From Malacoraja senta (Eukaryota), in contig CM075988.1 of NCBI GenBank assembly GCA_038087875.1, positions 19,966,001-20,030,000 on the forward strand: a stretch of 64,000 nt of DNA. The letters are read 5' to 3'. Position 1 is the first letter of the stretch, and the number at the start of each line of letters is the position of its first letter. The position numbers and the translations under genes are program-made. The notes beneath the pieces are model-generated. The model was not told the origin of the DNA and did no database searches. It saw only the letters and a list, made by a program, of their open reading frames with translations. Shown piece after piece: positions 1 to 13,000 of the stretch.

Positions 1-724
<724 letters not shown>

Positions 725-1259
725 GAATTAATGGAAATTAGTTTTCTTCTCTCCCATTTTAAATCCAATTTCAATCAATGCAAAAAGAAGATTTACACAA
801 TGCCAGAAATAGTATTCCGAGCCCCGGATTTGTTGTAGAAAACATTATGCTCTATAATCATAAGAATTATGGCGACAGTTTTGCATTAAAGTGTTCCCAA
901 AGCCATTTTGCACAAATGCAAAAATGACAGTTTAAAAGCTAAATGCACCTTACAGGATCCTGTGGCCATTATTAGAACAAATGCCATACCAAACAGTGCG
1001 AGTCACAATTCATTGGCAGACTCAAAACATGTTTTACATGTTTCAATCTAACAATTTAATCATAGAAATTGGTACAACTTTTCTTTTGTGTGGTTTTATT
1101 ATCGTCACACGAAAATGAGCAATCGAAGGGTAGCATTAACCAAAATACAAATGCAAAACACTTACAGATGGTGGAAAACGGAAGAACGAAGAGGGAATGT
1201 TGAAAATAAATAATGTCAGGCTTCATTGGACCAGTTAACAGCTTGCATTCAAACCAAAA

Positions 1260-1420
1260 GGACTGGCATTTATAAAGGACCTTTCATAACCACAGAAAGT
1301 CCCAAAACATTTTCCAGCTAAAGTACCTTTTGAGCTGAGGGAGGTATTGTTTGTTGAAAACACACTAGCCAGTTGTTGCGCAGCAAGCACCAGCAGACAG
1401 CAACGTGAAGACAATGTCAG
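1260..1420 (-). mobile_element. Degenerate DeuSINE/SacSINE1-like SINE fragment
   Basis: TGGCATTTATA..CCTTTCATAACC..GTCCCAAAACATTT..AAGTACCTTTTGA resembles the reverse-complemented 3' part of the Deu-domain SINE copies at 4190-4500 and 56280-56700. Confidence 0.4.
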
Positions 1421-2242
1421 GTCATACAGTATATATTTAAACATACAAAGAATCCATCCATAATCACTGTCACAGTTCTTGTATTATTATCCCCAAGTAG
1501 GCGACATGTTGACTCACAAAGTGAGCAAAAAGCCTAGTCTGTATCCCATTTCAGGTAGAAAGTTCTAAGAATCCCAACTCCACAAGAACACGACACACGC
1601 GTGAGCATCAAATATACCCATAATCGCCATTAGTTGCAATGTGTTGCTTTCTTTAAAACCTGTTCAAACCATTGAGGATAAAGCTCATCACAATTGCAAG
1701 AATATCAAGAAAGAATGTGATGTAAAAAGGTCAACAATTCACCCCCCCCCCGCCCCACAGATGCTGCTCGACACTCTAATTTCCTCCAGCAGTTTGCTTT
1801 TTGCTCCAAATTCCAGCTTTCGCAGTCGCTTCTCTATTCATTTTCTTAATCTCATAATTTCATGCAGATTTATTAAATCTCCCTTCAGCCTCTTCTGTCC
1901 TATTTAAAACATGTCCATCTTGATCCATCTCTTGTCTATTTCCGTATAAATCTTTTCAGAACACTCCCTGGCATCACGGCAACCCTTTTTTGCCTTTCTA
2001 TTCAGCTTACCTTTAGTGAGGATAGGTAGAGGGAAAGCCATCAAAGCCCCACTTGCCACCCAAGAATGATAAACAACAGAGTTGGTGAAAGTTAGAAAAA
2101 TTGTGAAGATTATCTAAAATGTGGGAGATAGAGAAACAATTTGACAGTGTGTCCATGAGGAAGTTTACAATAGAGAGACTGATGAAGCTGCCACAGTGTT
2201 TTTCTATAATATGACAATTCTACAGTCCGGAGAATGTCCTGA

Positions 2243-2500
2243 AGATAGACACAAAATGCTGGAGTAACTCAGCGGGACAGGCAGCATCTCTGGAGAGAAG
2301 GAATGAGTCATGTTTTGGGTCGAGACCCTTCTTCAGACCATAATCCTGTAGACTATTTCTGATATAAGTCTTAAGAAGGGTCTCGACCACACACGTCACC
2401 CATTCCTCCTCTACAGAGATACTGTCTGGCCCGCTGTGTTACTCCAGCATTTTGAGTCTTTCTTCAGTGTATAACCAACATCTGCAATTCCTTCCTATAC
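2243..2500. mobile_element. Inverted pair of Penelope-like terminal modules (palindromic non-autonomous PLE)
   Basis: GACACAAAATGCTGGAGTAACTCAGCGGGACAGGCAGCATCTCTGGAGAG..GGGTCGAGACCCTTCTTCAGAC is followed by its reverse complement. Imperfect flanking repeat GGAGAAT(GT)CCTG. Confidence 0.7.
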
Positions 2501-3019
2501 TGGAGAATCCTGCCATCTTTACATCCCACTGCACAACTATTACAGGCCCTGTCAGACAATGGAAATTGTTTCCATCGCCTGAAGAATGTAATTACACAGT
2601 AAATAAGGGTGTAAATGCCAGGATATATTAATTAACCTCAAATTCAAATTGTTTTTTTCTGTTGGTTTGGGACTAAATCATTCACCCCTTAATTAAAGCT
2701 GTGATGAATGTTTGGTGTGATACCATGAGAATTCAAAACCAGAAAACAATTACAATTTATGTTTTGGAATATAATGCTGAGGTGTCCATGGAATTACAGG
2801 TCCGTTTGATAATGTGAGTATAGCAGGCAATATTTACAAAACGGGAATTTTTACCCTTCTCGGGAACAAGGAGTTCATAACTCTTGTACAAATGTTCCAG
2901 TATTGGACATTAAAAACATGATAGAAGAATGCACGAAAAGGAAGCTGAAAATGTTCCATATATCCATACTACATAAGAGGCCAATCTTCCAATCGAGTCT
3001 ATGCAAGCATACACACAGC

Positions 3020-3270
3020 AATCCCCATTTCCCAGTAATTTTCCCCGTAACCTACCCCCTGCACATTCCCATCATCTCCCCCAAGATTCCACCAGCCGTT
3101 TACATACTCAAGGCAATTCACAGCGACTAATTAATCTATCATACCACATGGGAGGAAACCACAGTAGCGAGGAGAAACCTACAAGGTTATATGGAGAATA
3201 TGCATTTCCACACATGCAGAATCTGAGGTTTAGATCAAACCTAAGTCACTGGATCAATGCAGCAGCAACT
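3020..3270 (-). mobile_element. Degraded HE1/V-SINE-like SINE
   Basis: GGCAATTCACAGCGACTAATTAATCTA..GGGAGGAAACC..GGAGAAACCTAC..GGAGAATATGCATTTCCACAC matches the reverse V-domain of better-preserved copies in the window. Confidence 0.55.
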
Positions 3271-3489
3271 CTACTAGATGTTCCAATGCGATTCCCAATT
3301 CCTGTACTTAATACATGATCTATGAAGGCACGCGTGCTGAACACCTTCTCCACAACCCTGTCTACTTGTGTCACCTCTTTCATGGAACTATGTACCTGCA
3401 CCCCTTGATCTCTCAAATCATCTTCTCAGATTTAGTGAATCTTCCGTGTCATCCTATTCCAGAAGATGACTTTGACTACCTTTCCTTTT

Positions 3490-3630
3490 TTACCCACTCC
3501 AACTCAGTCTGAAGAAGGATCCCGACTCGAAAACGTCATCTAACGATTCCCTCCACAGATGCTGCCAGACGTGCTGAGTTCCTCCAGCAATTTGTGCTTT
3601 GCTCAAGATACCAGCATCTGCAGTTCTTTG
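3490..3630 (+). mobile_element. Penelope-like terminal module with hammerhead-like core
   Basis: CAGTCTGAAGAAGGATCCCGACTCGAAAACGTC..CACAGATGCTGCCAGACGTGCTGAGTTCCTCCAGCA..CCAGCATCTGCAGT. Confidence 0.65.
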
Positions 3631-3675
3631 TAACACCACTGCCCACAAACTTTTACCCAACTTTTTACATTCCTT

Positions 3676-3805
3676 GTGTAGGAAAGAGCTGCAGATGGTG
3701 GTTTAAATCGAGGGTAGACACAAAATGCTGGAGTAACTCAGCGGGACAGGCAACATATCTGGAGAGAAGGAAAGGGTGACGTTTCGGGTCGAGACCCTTC
3801 TTCAG
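3676..3805 (-). mobile_element. Penelope-like terminal module, 7-bp TSD ATTCCTT
   Basis: Minus strand reads CTGAAGAAGGGTCTCGACCCGAAACGTCACCC...CCATCTGCAGCTCTTTCCTACAC. ATTCCTT occurs at 3669-3675 and 3806-3812. Confidence 0.7.
3778..3805 (-). ncRNA. Minimal type I hammerhead-ribozyme-like core (PLE-associated)
   Basis: CUGAAGA-A-GGGU[CUCG]ACCC-GAAA-CGUC: CUGANGA box, 4-bp helix II with tetraloop, GAAA box, GUC triplet. Helix I is weak in this copy. Confidence 0.5.
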
Positions 3806-4189
3806 ATTCCTTCCTGTCTGCCCTTAGCCCTTTTCCAATCCCAGCCCATTTCTAACACTTCTGCTGTTTCCTTGTGACTTGAGGTATTGCACATAAGTGA
3901 AGATAGGTGGTTTCTGTTGTTGGTGAGCATTCTCAGCCAGAGATTCAAACCATTTCTATATGTTGTAATAATACTGACAGAAAAGACGTCTTGTTCTGAC
4001 TGTTGAAACATTGAATGTAGTTAGCATGTACAGTATGATAGCACACCATTTGTTATTGGAAGTCAAAAGTATAAATGATGAAACATCCCATAATGCTGAC
4101 CCTTAATCCTACACATTCCTTTTACAGATCCAATTTGATAACTCTTCATTCATTCCTTATTATCACTAATAAGCTGCTTAGAAACATTC

Positions 4190-4500
4190 TTCTCTAAATC
4201 AGAAGTTGAGTCCACACCTCATTCCAGAGTTGAGGACCAATGCCCTTGCTAAAGCAAGCTACTGTCTACAACGTTTCAAATGGATCTAATGAGAGAAATG
4301 TTACCAGAAAATATGTGCGCTCTCAAGAGTACTGGCCCACATTTAACCCACAATCAACACAGAATCTGCTCATTCATCTTATTGCTGCTGGTGAGATCTT
4401 GTTACGCACAATTGATGACTGAATATGTTGTCAACATCAAGTTAATGTAATTCAGAGGAAACTTTGAACCCCCTGTGTTTCTTTAGGGCCCTATGTGCAT
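4190..4500 (+). mobile_element. Degenerate DeuSINE/SacSINE1-like SINE
   Basis: CTGGCCCACATTTAACCCACAATCAACAC..ATCTGCTCATTCATCTTATTGCTGCTGGTGAGATCTTGTTACGCACAATTG resembles the Deu domain. Confidence 0.5.
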
Positions 4501-5769
4501 CGAAACTCTGCTTTCCTGTTACCATAATGAGCAACACCTTTGCCATTAATTTTACATATAATGTTCAAAGCTCATTTATATATATCATTCATTTCAATGC
4601 TAGAATTTTTCCCCTTCATGTACTTAATTATTGAGTGCTGATATGAAATGCTTCACCTGCCACTTAAAATGATAATTATGAATGGTTTATGGTTCATGGG
4701 CCTTAATTGATTTATCTCCATTTATTGCTCAAATCTCACATCTAGTTGAAGGCTTGACTACACTCTCTGCAATAGACCTCCCTTAGGCTTTTATTATTTA
4801 AGACACAAACATAACAAAAAAAGCTCACCTTTCCATTATGATTGAATCTTTCCATTGACTTTTAATTCACTCAAGATACAACATTATTGAGTTCAGATAA
4901 TAATTATGAAGAATTACAAAATGAAGTGCAGAATAATTAGGACATAATGAAATATAAAGAGAAGTAACAAGCTGAATTTAGAATTATATATACTGAATAA
5001 TCATTTAATGAAGGAATAATATACACAAGTCAGTTAAATGTCAATTTTCAAATCTCTTACAATTCCATTGGTTCCTAACCTAGGTTCTGAGGCCCTCGCC
5101 CTTGTAAATCAATAATCATATTATCTGTTAACACGGTGATTTTTTTTCTACCTATACTTGATGAGGAAGGATTATCCAGGCACAAGGTACAGAGAAACAT
5201 AATGTAAATTAATGTCCATAATCTGTACACCCCGTTTACCATAAACCTTTCGTTAGAAAGTTGCATTACCAGCAGGTTCTCTTATCCATTCAATATATCC
5301 CCATAGATCCAGCACAGTAATCCTACATTTTGAACACACTTCACAGGGGTGATGCACCCCATCTCCAACAAGCTTCCCGCTGGAATGGAATGAATCTTCA
5401 GGAATGAGCTCCAGAACCAAGATCACCCCAGTGTCAGTCGCCAGAGCTGCAATATTGTGACAACACTTGCAGTTGTGTATGAGTTGGGTTTAGTTTATTG
5501 TCACATGTACTGAGGTACATTGAAAATTGAGGTACATTAGAGTGTTAACCAGGGAGTCAGTTCAAACTCATTAAGTAAACCAGAGAACTTCCGTTCCACT
5601 TAACGTCCAAAATAAGATCCTCTACAAACGTGCCTTGTTGTTTAATGCCAAGGACCAAACACAACAGTCCACTGCAAGGCACTGGAAAATGTCAACCACT
5701 CACCATATCTCAGGATCCATGGTGTTCTATATTTCTAATTGCATTATATGAATTTCCCTGCTGAACCTT

Positions 5770-6040
5770 GATACAAAATGCTGCAGGTGTTGGGAAAAAC
5801 TATTGAATGCACTCCACAGGTCAGGCAGCATTTGTTGAAGAGAGACAGGTGTTAACATTTCAGGTTAATGACCTTCTGTTCAGTGAAAGGATACCACAAT
5901 TATGGATAGATGACGTTTCAGGTTAGGAACTTCTTCAGACCCAACCAAAAAGTCACCTATCCATGTTCTCCAGAGATGCTGTCTGACTTGCTGAGTTACT
6001 CCAGCACTTTGTGTCTTTTTTTGTAAACCAATATCTGTAG
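5770..6040. mobile_element. Cluster of old and younger Penelope-like terminal modules, including a collapsed inverted pair
   Basis: AAAATGCTGCAGGTGTTGG..GGTCAGGCAGCAT..GTTAACATTTCAGGTT, then GACGTTTCAGG..CTTCTTCAGAC..GTCACCTATCCATGTTCTCCAGAGATGCTG. Confidence 0.6.
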
Positions 6041-6193
6041 TCTGGACTAAACCACGCTCATTTTGGAGCAAGCAGAAGATCCGTTCATCACAAATCTCCA
6101 GCAGCTGTTCTCTATAGCAGGGAGGATTTTGTCAGGAAGGTATAAAAGAGAAATGCAGAAGTCTTCAGGTGTGTAAATCTTCCAACAGATGAT

Positions 6194-6801
6194 AGAATAT
6201 AAGAGCAGGGAGGTTCTACTGCAGTTGTACAGGGTCTTGGTGAGATCACACCTGGAGTATTGCGTACAGTTTTGGTCTCCTAATCTGAGGAAAGACATTC
6301 TTGCCATAGAGGGAGTACAGAGAAGGTTCACCAGACTGATTCCTGGATGGCAGGACTTTCATATGAAGAAGGACTGGATAGACTCGGCTTGTACTCGTTT
6401 GAATTTAGAAGATTGAGGGGGGATCTTATAGAAGCTTACAAAATTCTTAAGGGGTTGGACAGGCTAGATGCAGGAAGATTATTCCCGATGTTGGGGAAGT
6501 CCAGAACAAGGGGTCACAGTTTAAGGATAAGGGGGAAGTCTTTTAGGACCGAGATGAGAAGATCATTTTTTACACAGAGAGTGGTGAATCTGTGGAATTC
6601 TTTGCCACAGAAGGTAGTTGAGGCCAGTTCATTGGCTGTATTTAAGAGGGAGTTAGATGTGGCCCTTGTGGCTAAAGGGATCAGGGGGTATGGAGAGAAG
6701 GCAGGTACAGGATACTGAGTTGGATGATCAGCCATGATCATATTGAATGGCTCGAAGGTCCAAATGGCCTACTCCTGCACCTATTTTCTATATTTCTATG
6801 T
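6194..6801 (+). mobile_element. 5'-truncated CR1 LINE (family A), ORF2 C-terminus and 3' tail
   Basis: Translates EYKSREVLLQLYRVLVRSHLEYCVQFWSP..RRLRGDLIE..FTQRVVNLWNSLP. Nearly identical to 18220-18840. Ends in a TTCTAT(G/A)T tail. Confidence 0.95.
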
Positions 6802-6989
6802 GTTCCCAATTGTCAATGATCAGCAGCCTACATTTTATCACTTCTCACTGGATGCAAATGGTGATGGATTATATAATTAATGGTGACTAAAGATACAAAT
6901 GGTGGTGGATTATAAAATTATTACTGACCACAGGTACTTCTTAGAAATCCTGATAATTGACCATGTTGTGGGATACTAAAAGTAAAAGA

Positions 6990-7325
6990 CCTCCATTTAA
7001 ATAATTAAAGTCCAGCATTTTTGTGTTCCTTTCAGGATGACCCAAATTGGTTTGAAGCAATTAAGTACATTTGGGATGCAGTCACATTTTGATTTAGGAA
7101 ATCCAGCAGCATAAAGTGAGCTGTAATAAACAACACTGTGATATGACACAGAAACCTTTTTTCAGTGAAAGGTTTTTGGGTCGTATCACAGTGTTGCTTA
7201 TTACAGCTCACTTCATGCTTGAGTGAGGAACCATTTTTGGCAAGATTCTAGGGATAACTTTTTAACTTCCATCTGAGAACGAAGGTGCGGTTCCGGTCTC
7301 ATTTGAAAGACAACATCACCAACAA
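6990..7325 (-). mobile_element. Degenerate DeuSINE/SacSINE1-like SINE with an internal inverted duplication; probably continues at ~8270-8390
   Basis: AAGTACATTTGGGATGCAGTCAC..TAGGAAATCCAGCAGC..GGGATAACT..GTCTCATTTGAAAGACAACA resembles the reverse Deu-SINE. Duplicated at +3517. Confidence 0.5.
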
Positions 7326-7349
7326 CAACGGGGGTGAAGGGAAAGAGAC

Positions 7350-7920
7350 ACCAAACCATTTAAACTCCTTCCCATTCCCATACTGGTCTTTCTGTCCTGG
7401 GCTTCCTTCATTGGCAGAGTGAGACTAGACGCAAACTGGAGCAACAACACCTCATATTCCATTTGGGTAGCTTACGACCTAATGGTATGAACACTGAATT
7501 TTCCAATAAGTCAACTAACCTCAACATCCCCTCCCCCACCCCCCTTCCCTGTGCCCAACCAGGATGCACACCTATTTCTCCTGTAACCCCTCCCCTACCA
7601 CCTATGTTCCTTCCTATGGCTTTACAATTTGCACTTCTTTCATCCTTTGATCACAGTTTACGTCTTTTCTTCTCTGGCCTTTGACCAATCTGCCTGTCAA
7701 AAACTCCCCTCACTTGTATCCACCTATAACTCACAAGGCCTTGTCGTGGCCCTCCTCCTTTCCAGCTTTCTCCTCCCTGTTACAATCAGTCTGAAGAAGG
7801 ATCCCGACCTGAAACATCATCTATCCATGTTCTCAAAAGATGCTGACCGACCCATTGAGTTACTCAGCACACAGGGTCTTTTATTGTAAATTGGCATCTG
7901 CAGTTCCTTGTTTCTCTGTT
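7350..7920 (+). mobile_element. Penelope-like element 3' fragment: GIY-YIG C-terminus, UTR and terminal module
   Basis: Translates ..LSVLGFLHWQSETRRKLEQQHLIFHLGSLRPNGMNTEFSN, typical of the end of the PLE endonuclease. Followed by pyrimidine-rich UTR and CTGAAGAAGGATCCCGACCTGAAACATC. Duplicated at ~10867-11437. Confidence 0.8.
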
Positions 7921-9898
7921 TCACCAAACATGTTTTGTTCTTCTGGCAATGGAGGACATGCCCGGCCTGACATACCAGGCATCTATGTTCTCACTCTCTA
8001 ACTGCTCCCATTCATGCATTCACCAGAAAACCTGTTTACAGCTTATCTCCACGGTCATCCTGATTTTACCCTATCGGAATGACCCACTCCCCCACCTCCC
8101 TGCAGTATTACAAGCTTAGTTTGTCTCCGTCTCAGTTCTGAAGAAGGGTGTTCCACGTGAAATGTTAGCTGTTCCTCCTCCCATTTTTACATATGAAAAT
8201 GAATTCAACTTGACTTGACTGAGAGATGCAGCCTGACCTGATGAGTGTTTCCAGCACTTTTTAAAAATATTTTACCTCTGACAACATTCTCATTACTGTA
8301 TTAGAACATCAGCCTACAGTTTAAACTGTGGACATACAGAACCTACTGACTCAAAGTCATTGCACTCTGGCTGGCACTCGAGCCTAGTCAAGAGAGAATC
8401 CTGGCTGAATTTTTTTCAACTAGGAATGATGATACAAAGGGAGCTCTCAAAATGCAGCTGCTTAAACGGCTTGACATTGTCAATGCAAACTAACTGGTAA
8501 TCTGAGAAAGAGATATTTAATCAGTTCCAGTAAACAAACTGAGATCCTTTGCTGCACCTACCTTTTCTCACATTCTTTCAACATTAATGAGCCTTTTTCT
8601 TGACCTGTCACTTGGAGTGGACAACAAGGAGAGTTGTGATGCATGGATAATCAAGGCGTGAACAGTGCCAGAAGATCGAAATTGACAAATGAGGCGTAAT
8701 TAAATAAAATGACTTATTAAAACAGAGCACCAAGATTGTAAATATACAGCAAAGACTGCTGTGAAAAATATGGAAAGTACTAATGAACAAAGGAAAAGGT
8801 TGTGCCATTAACAAAGTCAGGGTAAGGACATGTTGATTGATAATAATGTTAATGGTAGCATCATTTTATTTGAGCATTTTGGTCATTACTGGTCTTGAAG
8901 TGCTCGTAATAAATGCCCCAGGGCCAGTAATGAGCGTAAGACCCAGAGAAAATGATGTTGCTTGCTGTATTCATTTTCATTAAGCTGGCTTTTTTTGAAG
9001 CAGAATTCTAATATATATTAGTAATGAAAACTAACTATATTGTACAGAACAAATCATAAAAAGATATAAATATATCTAAATATCTAAAGAGATTCAGGTA
9101 TTTAACATGTATATTGCAGTAATGGGGATTCAAAGGACATTATAATATTTTACAGCTGGCATTTTGTAACATTAACCAAGAATTCATTAATGGAAAGCAC
9201 ATCACATTCTCATAACATATAATTTATACTCCTTTTAAAATGTAAAACACTTGTGTAGTACAACATCAAATCACAGTGGATAAACGTATTTTTTATTGTG
9301 CAACTCATTACCCCAGCAGAGACTGAACAAGCATCCAAGGCAATTGATTAGAGAAAGCAACATTTCATGAATGAGCAATCCTTTTGCATTGTCACTTTAT
9401 GCCCAAAAAGAGTAAAGTGTCATTAATTTGAAATGGAAGTTGGATCAGGTTGGAATTTTGTTTATTCTTTCATTTGCTCAGTGACTGATTTTACCTAATA
9501 TAGGCCCAATTGACCCAAGTGTTTTGGAGATTCTGTAGTGTGAAGAGTTGCAGCTCTTGAATTCATCATTTATCACTTTGTACATCCCTTCATCAAGATG
9601 ACCAGCATTGATTTGTGTATTTCAGTTGTAGAAAAAGGTGTCAAGCAAAAAAGATAGTGAAAGGGATAGTGCGGCAGAGAGAGATTGAAACAGAGAGTGG
9701 TCATTACAGAAAGAGGGAAGAGAGAGAGAAAACATCAATCTATACATAACTAAAACTCTGATCTTGTTATCTTCCAGTATGGCGGTCTTTCTATTTGCGC
9801 AAAAACGGTTCGCGATAGCGCTATGATTTTTCGCCAGTTCACTCACCGTTCTCCTGTGGTGCGAGTGCACCAGGTTTTGTTCCGATCGGTTGAATGTC

Positions 9899-10098
9899 NN
9901 NNNNNNNNNNNNNNNNNNNNNNNNNNNNNNNNNNNNNNNNNNNNNNNNNNNNNNNNNNNNNNNNNNNNNNNNNNNNNNNNNNNNNNNNNNNNNNNNNNNN
10001 NNNNNNNNNNNNNNNNNNNNNNNNNNNNNNNNNNNNNNNNNNNNNNNNNNNNNNNNNNNNNNNNNNNNNNNNNNNNNNNNNNNNNNNNNNNNNNNNNN
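9899..10098. other. Assembly gap (200 N)
   Basis: Run of exactly 200 N. Confidence 0.99.
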
Positions 10099-13000
10099 TG
10101 GTGAATCTGTGGAATTCTTTGCCACAGAAGGTAGTTGAGGCCAGTTCATTGGCTGTATTTAAGAGGGAGTTAGATGTGGCCCTTGTGGCTAAAGGGATCA
10201 GGGGGTATGGAGAGAAGGCAGGTACAGGATACTGAGTTGGATGATCAGCCATGATCATATTGAATGGCTCGAAGGTCCAAATGGCCTACTCCTGCACCTA
10301 TTTTCTATATTTCTATGTGTTCCCAATTGTCAATGATCAGCAGCCTACATTTTATCACTTCTCACTGGATGCAAATGGTGATGGATTATATAATTAATGG
10401 TGACTAAAGATACAAATGGTGGTGGATTATAAAATTATTACTGACCACAGGTACTTCTTAGAAATCCTGATAATTGACCATGTTGTGGGATACTAAAAGT
10501 AAAAGACCTCCATTTAAATAATTAAAGTCCAGCATTTTTGTGTTCCTTTCAGGATGACCCAAATTGGTTTGAAGCAATTAAGTACATTTGGGATGCAGTC
10601 ACATTTTGATTTAGGAAATCCAGCAGCATAAAGTGAGCTGTAATAAACAACACTGTGATATGACACAGAAACCTTTTTTCAGTGAAAGGTTTTTGGGTCG
10701 TATCACAGTGTTGCTTATTACAGCTCACTTCATGCTTGAGTGAGGAACCATTTTTGGCAAGATTCTAGGGATAACTTTTTAACTTCCATCTGAGAACGAA
10801 GGTGCGGTTCCGGTCTCATTTGAAAGACAACATCACCAACAACAACGGGGGTGAAGGGAAAGAGACACCAAACCATTTAAACTCCTTCCCATTCCCATAC
10901 TGGTCTTTCTGTCCTGGGCTTCCTTCATTGGCAGAGTGAGACTAGACGCAAACTGGAGCAACAACACCTCATATTCCATTTGGGTAGCTTACGACCTAAT
11001 GGTATGAACACTGAATTTTCCAATAAGTCAACTAACCTCAACATCCCCTCCCCCACCCCCCTTCCCTGTGCCCAACCAGGATGCACACCTATTTCTCCTG
11101 TAACCCCTCCCCTACCACCTATGTTCCTTCCTATGGCTTTACAATTTGCACTTCTTTCATCCTTTGATCACAGTTTACGTCTTTTCTTCTCTGGCCTTTG
11201 ACCAATCTGCCTGTCAAAAACTCCCCTCACTTGTATCCACCTATAACTCACAAGGCCTTGTCGTGGCCCTCCTCCTTTCCAGCTTTCTCCTCCCTGTTAC
11301 AATCAGTCTGAAGAAGGATCCCGACCTGAAACATCATCTATCCATGTTCTCAAAAGATGCTGACCGACCCATTGAGTTACTCAGCACACAGGGTCTTTTA
11401 TTGTAAATTGGCATCTGCAGTTCCTTGTTTCTCTGTTTCACCAAACATGTTTTGTTCTTCTGGCAATGGAGGACATGCCCGGCCTGACATACCAGGCATC
11501 TATGTTCTCACTCTCTAACTGCTCCCATTCATGCATTCACCAGAAAACCTGTTTACAGCTTATCTCCACGGTCATCCTGATTTTACCCTATCGGAATGAC
11601 CCACTCCCCCACCTCCCTGCAGTATTACAAGCTTAGTTTGTCTCCGTCTCAGTTCTGAAGAAGGGTGTTCCACGTGAAATGTTAGCTGTTCCTCCTCCCA
11701 TTTTTACATATGAAAATGAATTCAACTTGACTTGACTGAGAGATGCAGCCTGACCTGATGAGTGTTTCCAGCACTTTTTAAAAATATTTTACCTCTGACA
11801 ACATTCTCATTACTGTATTAGAACATCAGCCTACAGTTTAAACTGTGGACATACAGAACCTACTGACTCAAAGTCATTGCACTCTGGCTGGCACTCGAGC
11901 CTAGTCAAGAGAGAATCCTGGCTGAATTTTTTTCAACTAGGAATGATGATACAAAGGGAGCTCTCAAAATGCAGCTGCTTAAACGGCTTGACATTGTCAA
12001 TGCAAACTAACTGGTAATCTGAGAAAGAGATATTTAATCAGTTCCAGTAAACAAACTGAGATCCTTTGCTGCACCTACCTTTTCTCACATTCTTTCAACA
12101 TTAATGAGCCTTTTTCTTGACCTGTCACTTGGAGTGGACAACAAGGAGAGTTGTGATGCATGGATAATCAAGGCGTGAACAGTGCCAGAAGATCGAAATT
12201 GACAAATGAGGCGTAATTAAATAAAATGACTTATTAAAACAGAGCACCAAGATTGTAAATATACAGCAAAGACTGCTGTGAAAAATATGGAAAGTACTAA
12301 TGAACAAAGGAAAAGGTTGTGCCATTAACAAAGTCAGGGTAAGGACATGTTGATTGATAATAATGTTAATGGTAGCATCATTTTATTTGAGCATTTTGGT
12401 CATTACTGGTCTTGAAGTGCTCGTAATAAATGCCCCAGGGCCAGTAATGAGCGTAAGACCCAGAGAAAATGATGTTGCTTGCTGTATTCATTTTCATTAA
12501 GCTGGCTTTTTTTGAAGCAGAATTCTAATATATATTAGTAATGAAAACTAACTATATTGTACAGAACAAATCATAAAAAGATATAAATATATCTAAATAT
12601 CTAAAGAGATTCAGGTATTTAACATGTATATTGCAGTAATGGGGATTCAAAGGACATTATAATATTTTACAGCTGGCATTTTGTAACATTAACCAAGAAT
12701 TCATTAATGGAAAGCACATCACATTCTCATAACATATAATTTATACTCCTTTTAAAATGTAAAACACTTGTGTAGTACAACATCAAATCACAGTGGATAA
12801 ACGTATTTTTTATTGTGCAACTCATTACCCCAGCAGAGACTGAACAAGCATCCAAGGCAATTGATTAGAGAAAGCAACATTTCATGAATGAGCAATCCTT
12901 TTGCATTGTCACTTTATGCCCAAAAAGAGTAAAGTGTCATTAATTTGAAATGGAAGTTGGATCAGGTTGGAATTTTGTTTATTCTTTCATTTGCTCAGTG

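Larger units (their letters stand above)
6582..9898 (+). repeat. Copy 1 of a 3,317-bp direct duplication abutting the gap
   Basis: Matches 10099-13415 at a constant offset of 3517 (ORFs 7463/10980, 7629/11146 and 8608/12125 translate identically). Confidence 0.97.

Noticed and set aside
9622..10258. ORFs containing long X runs
   Set aside because: They read through the 200-N gap.
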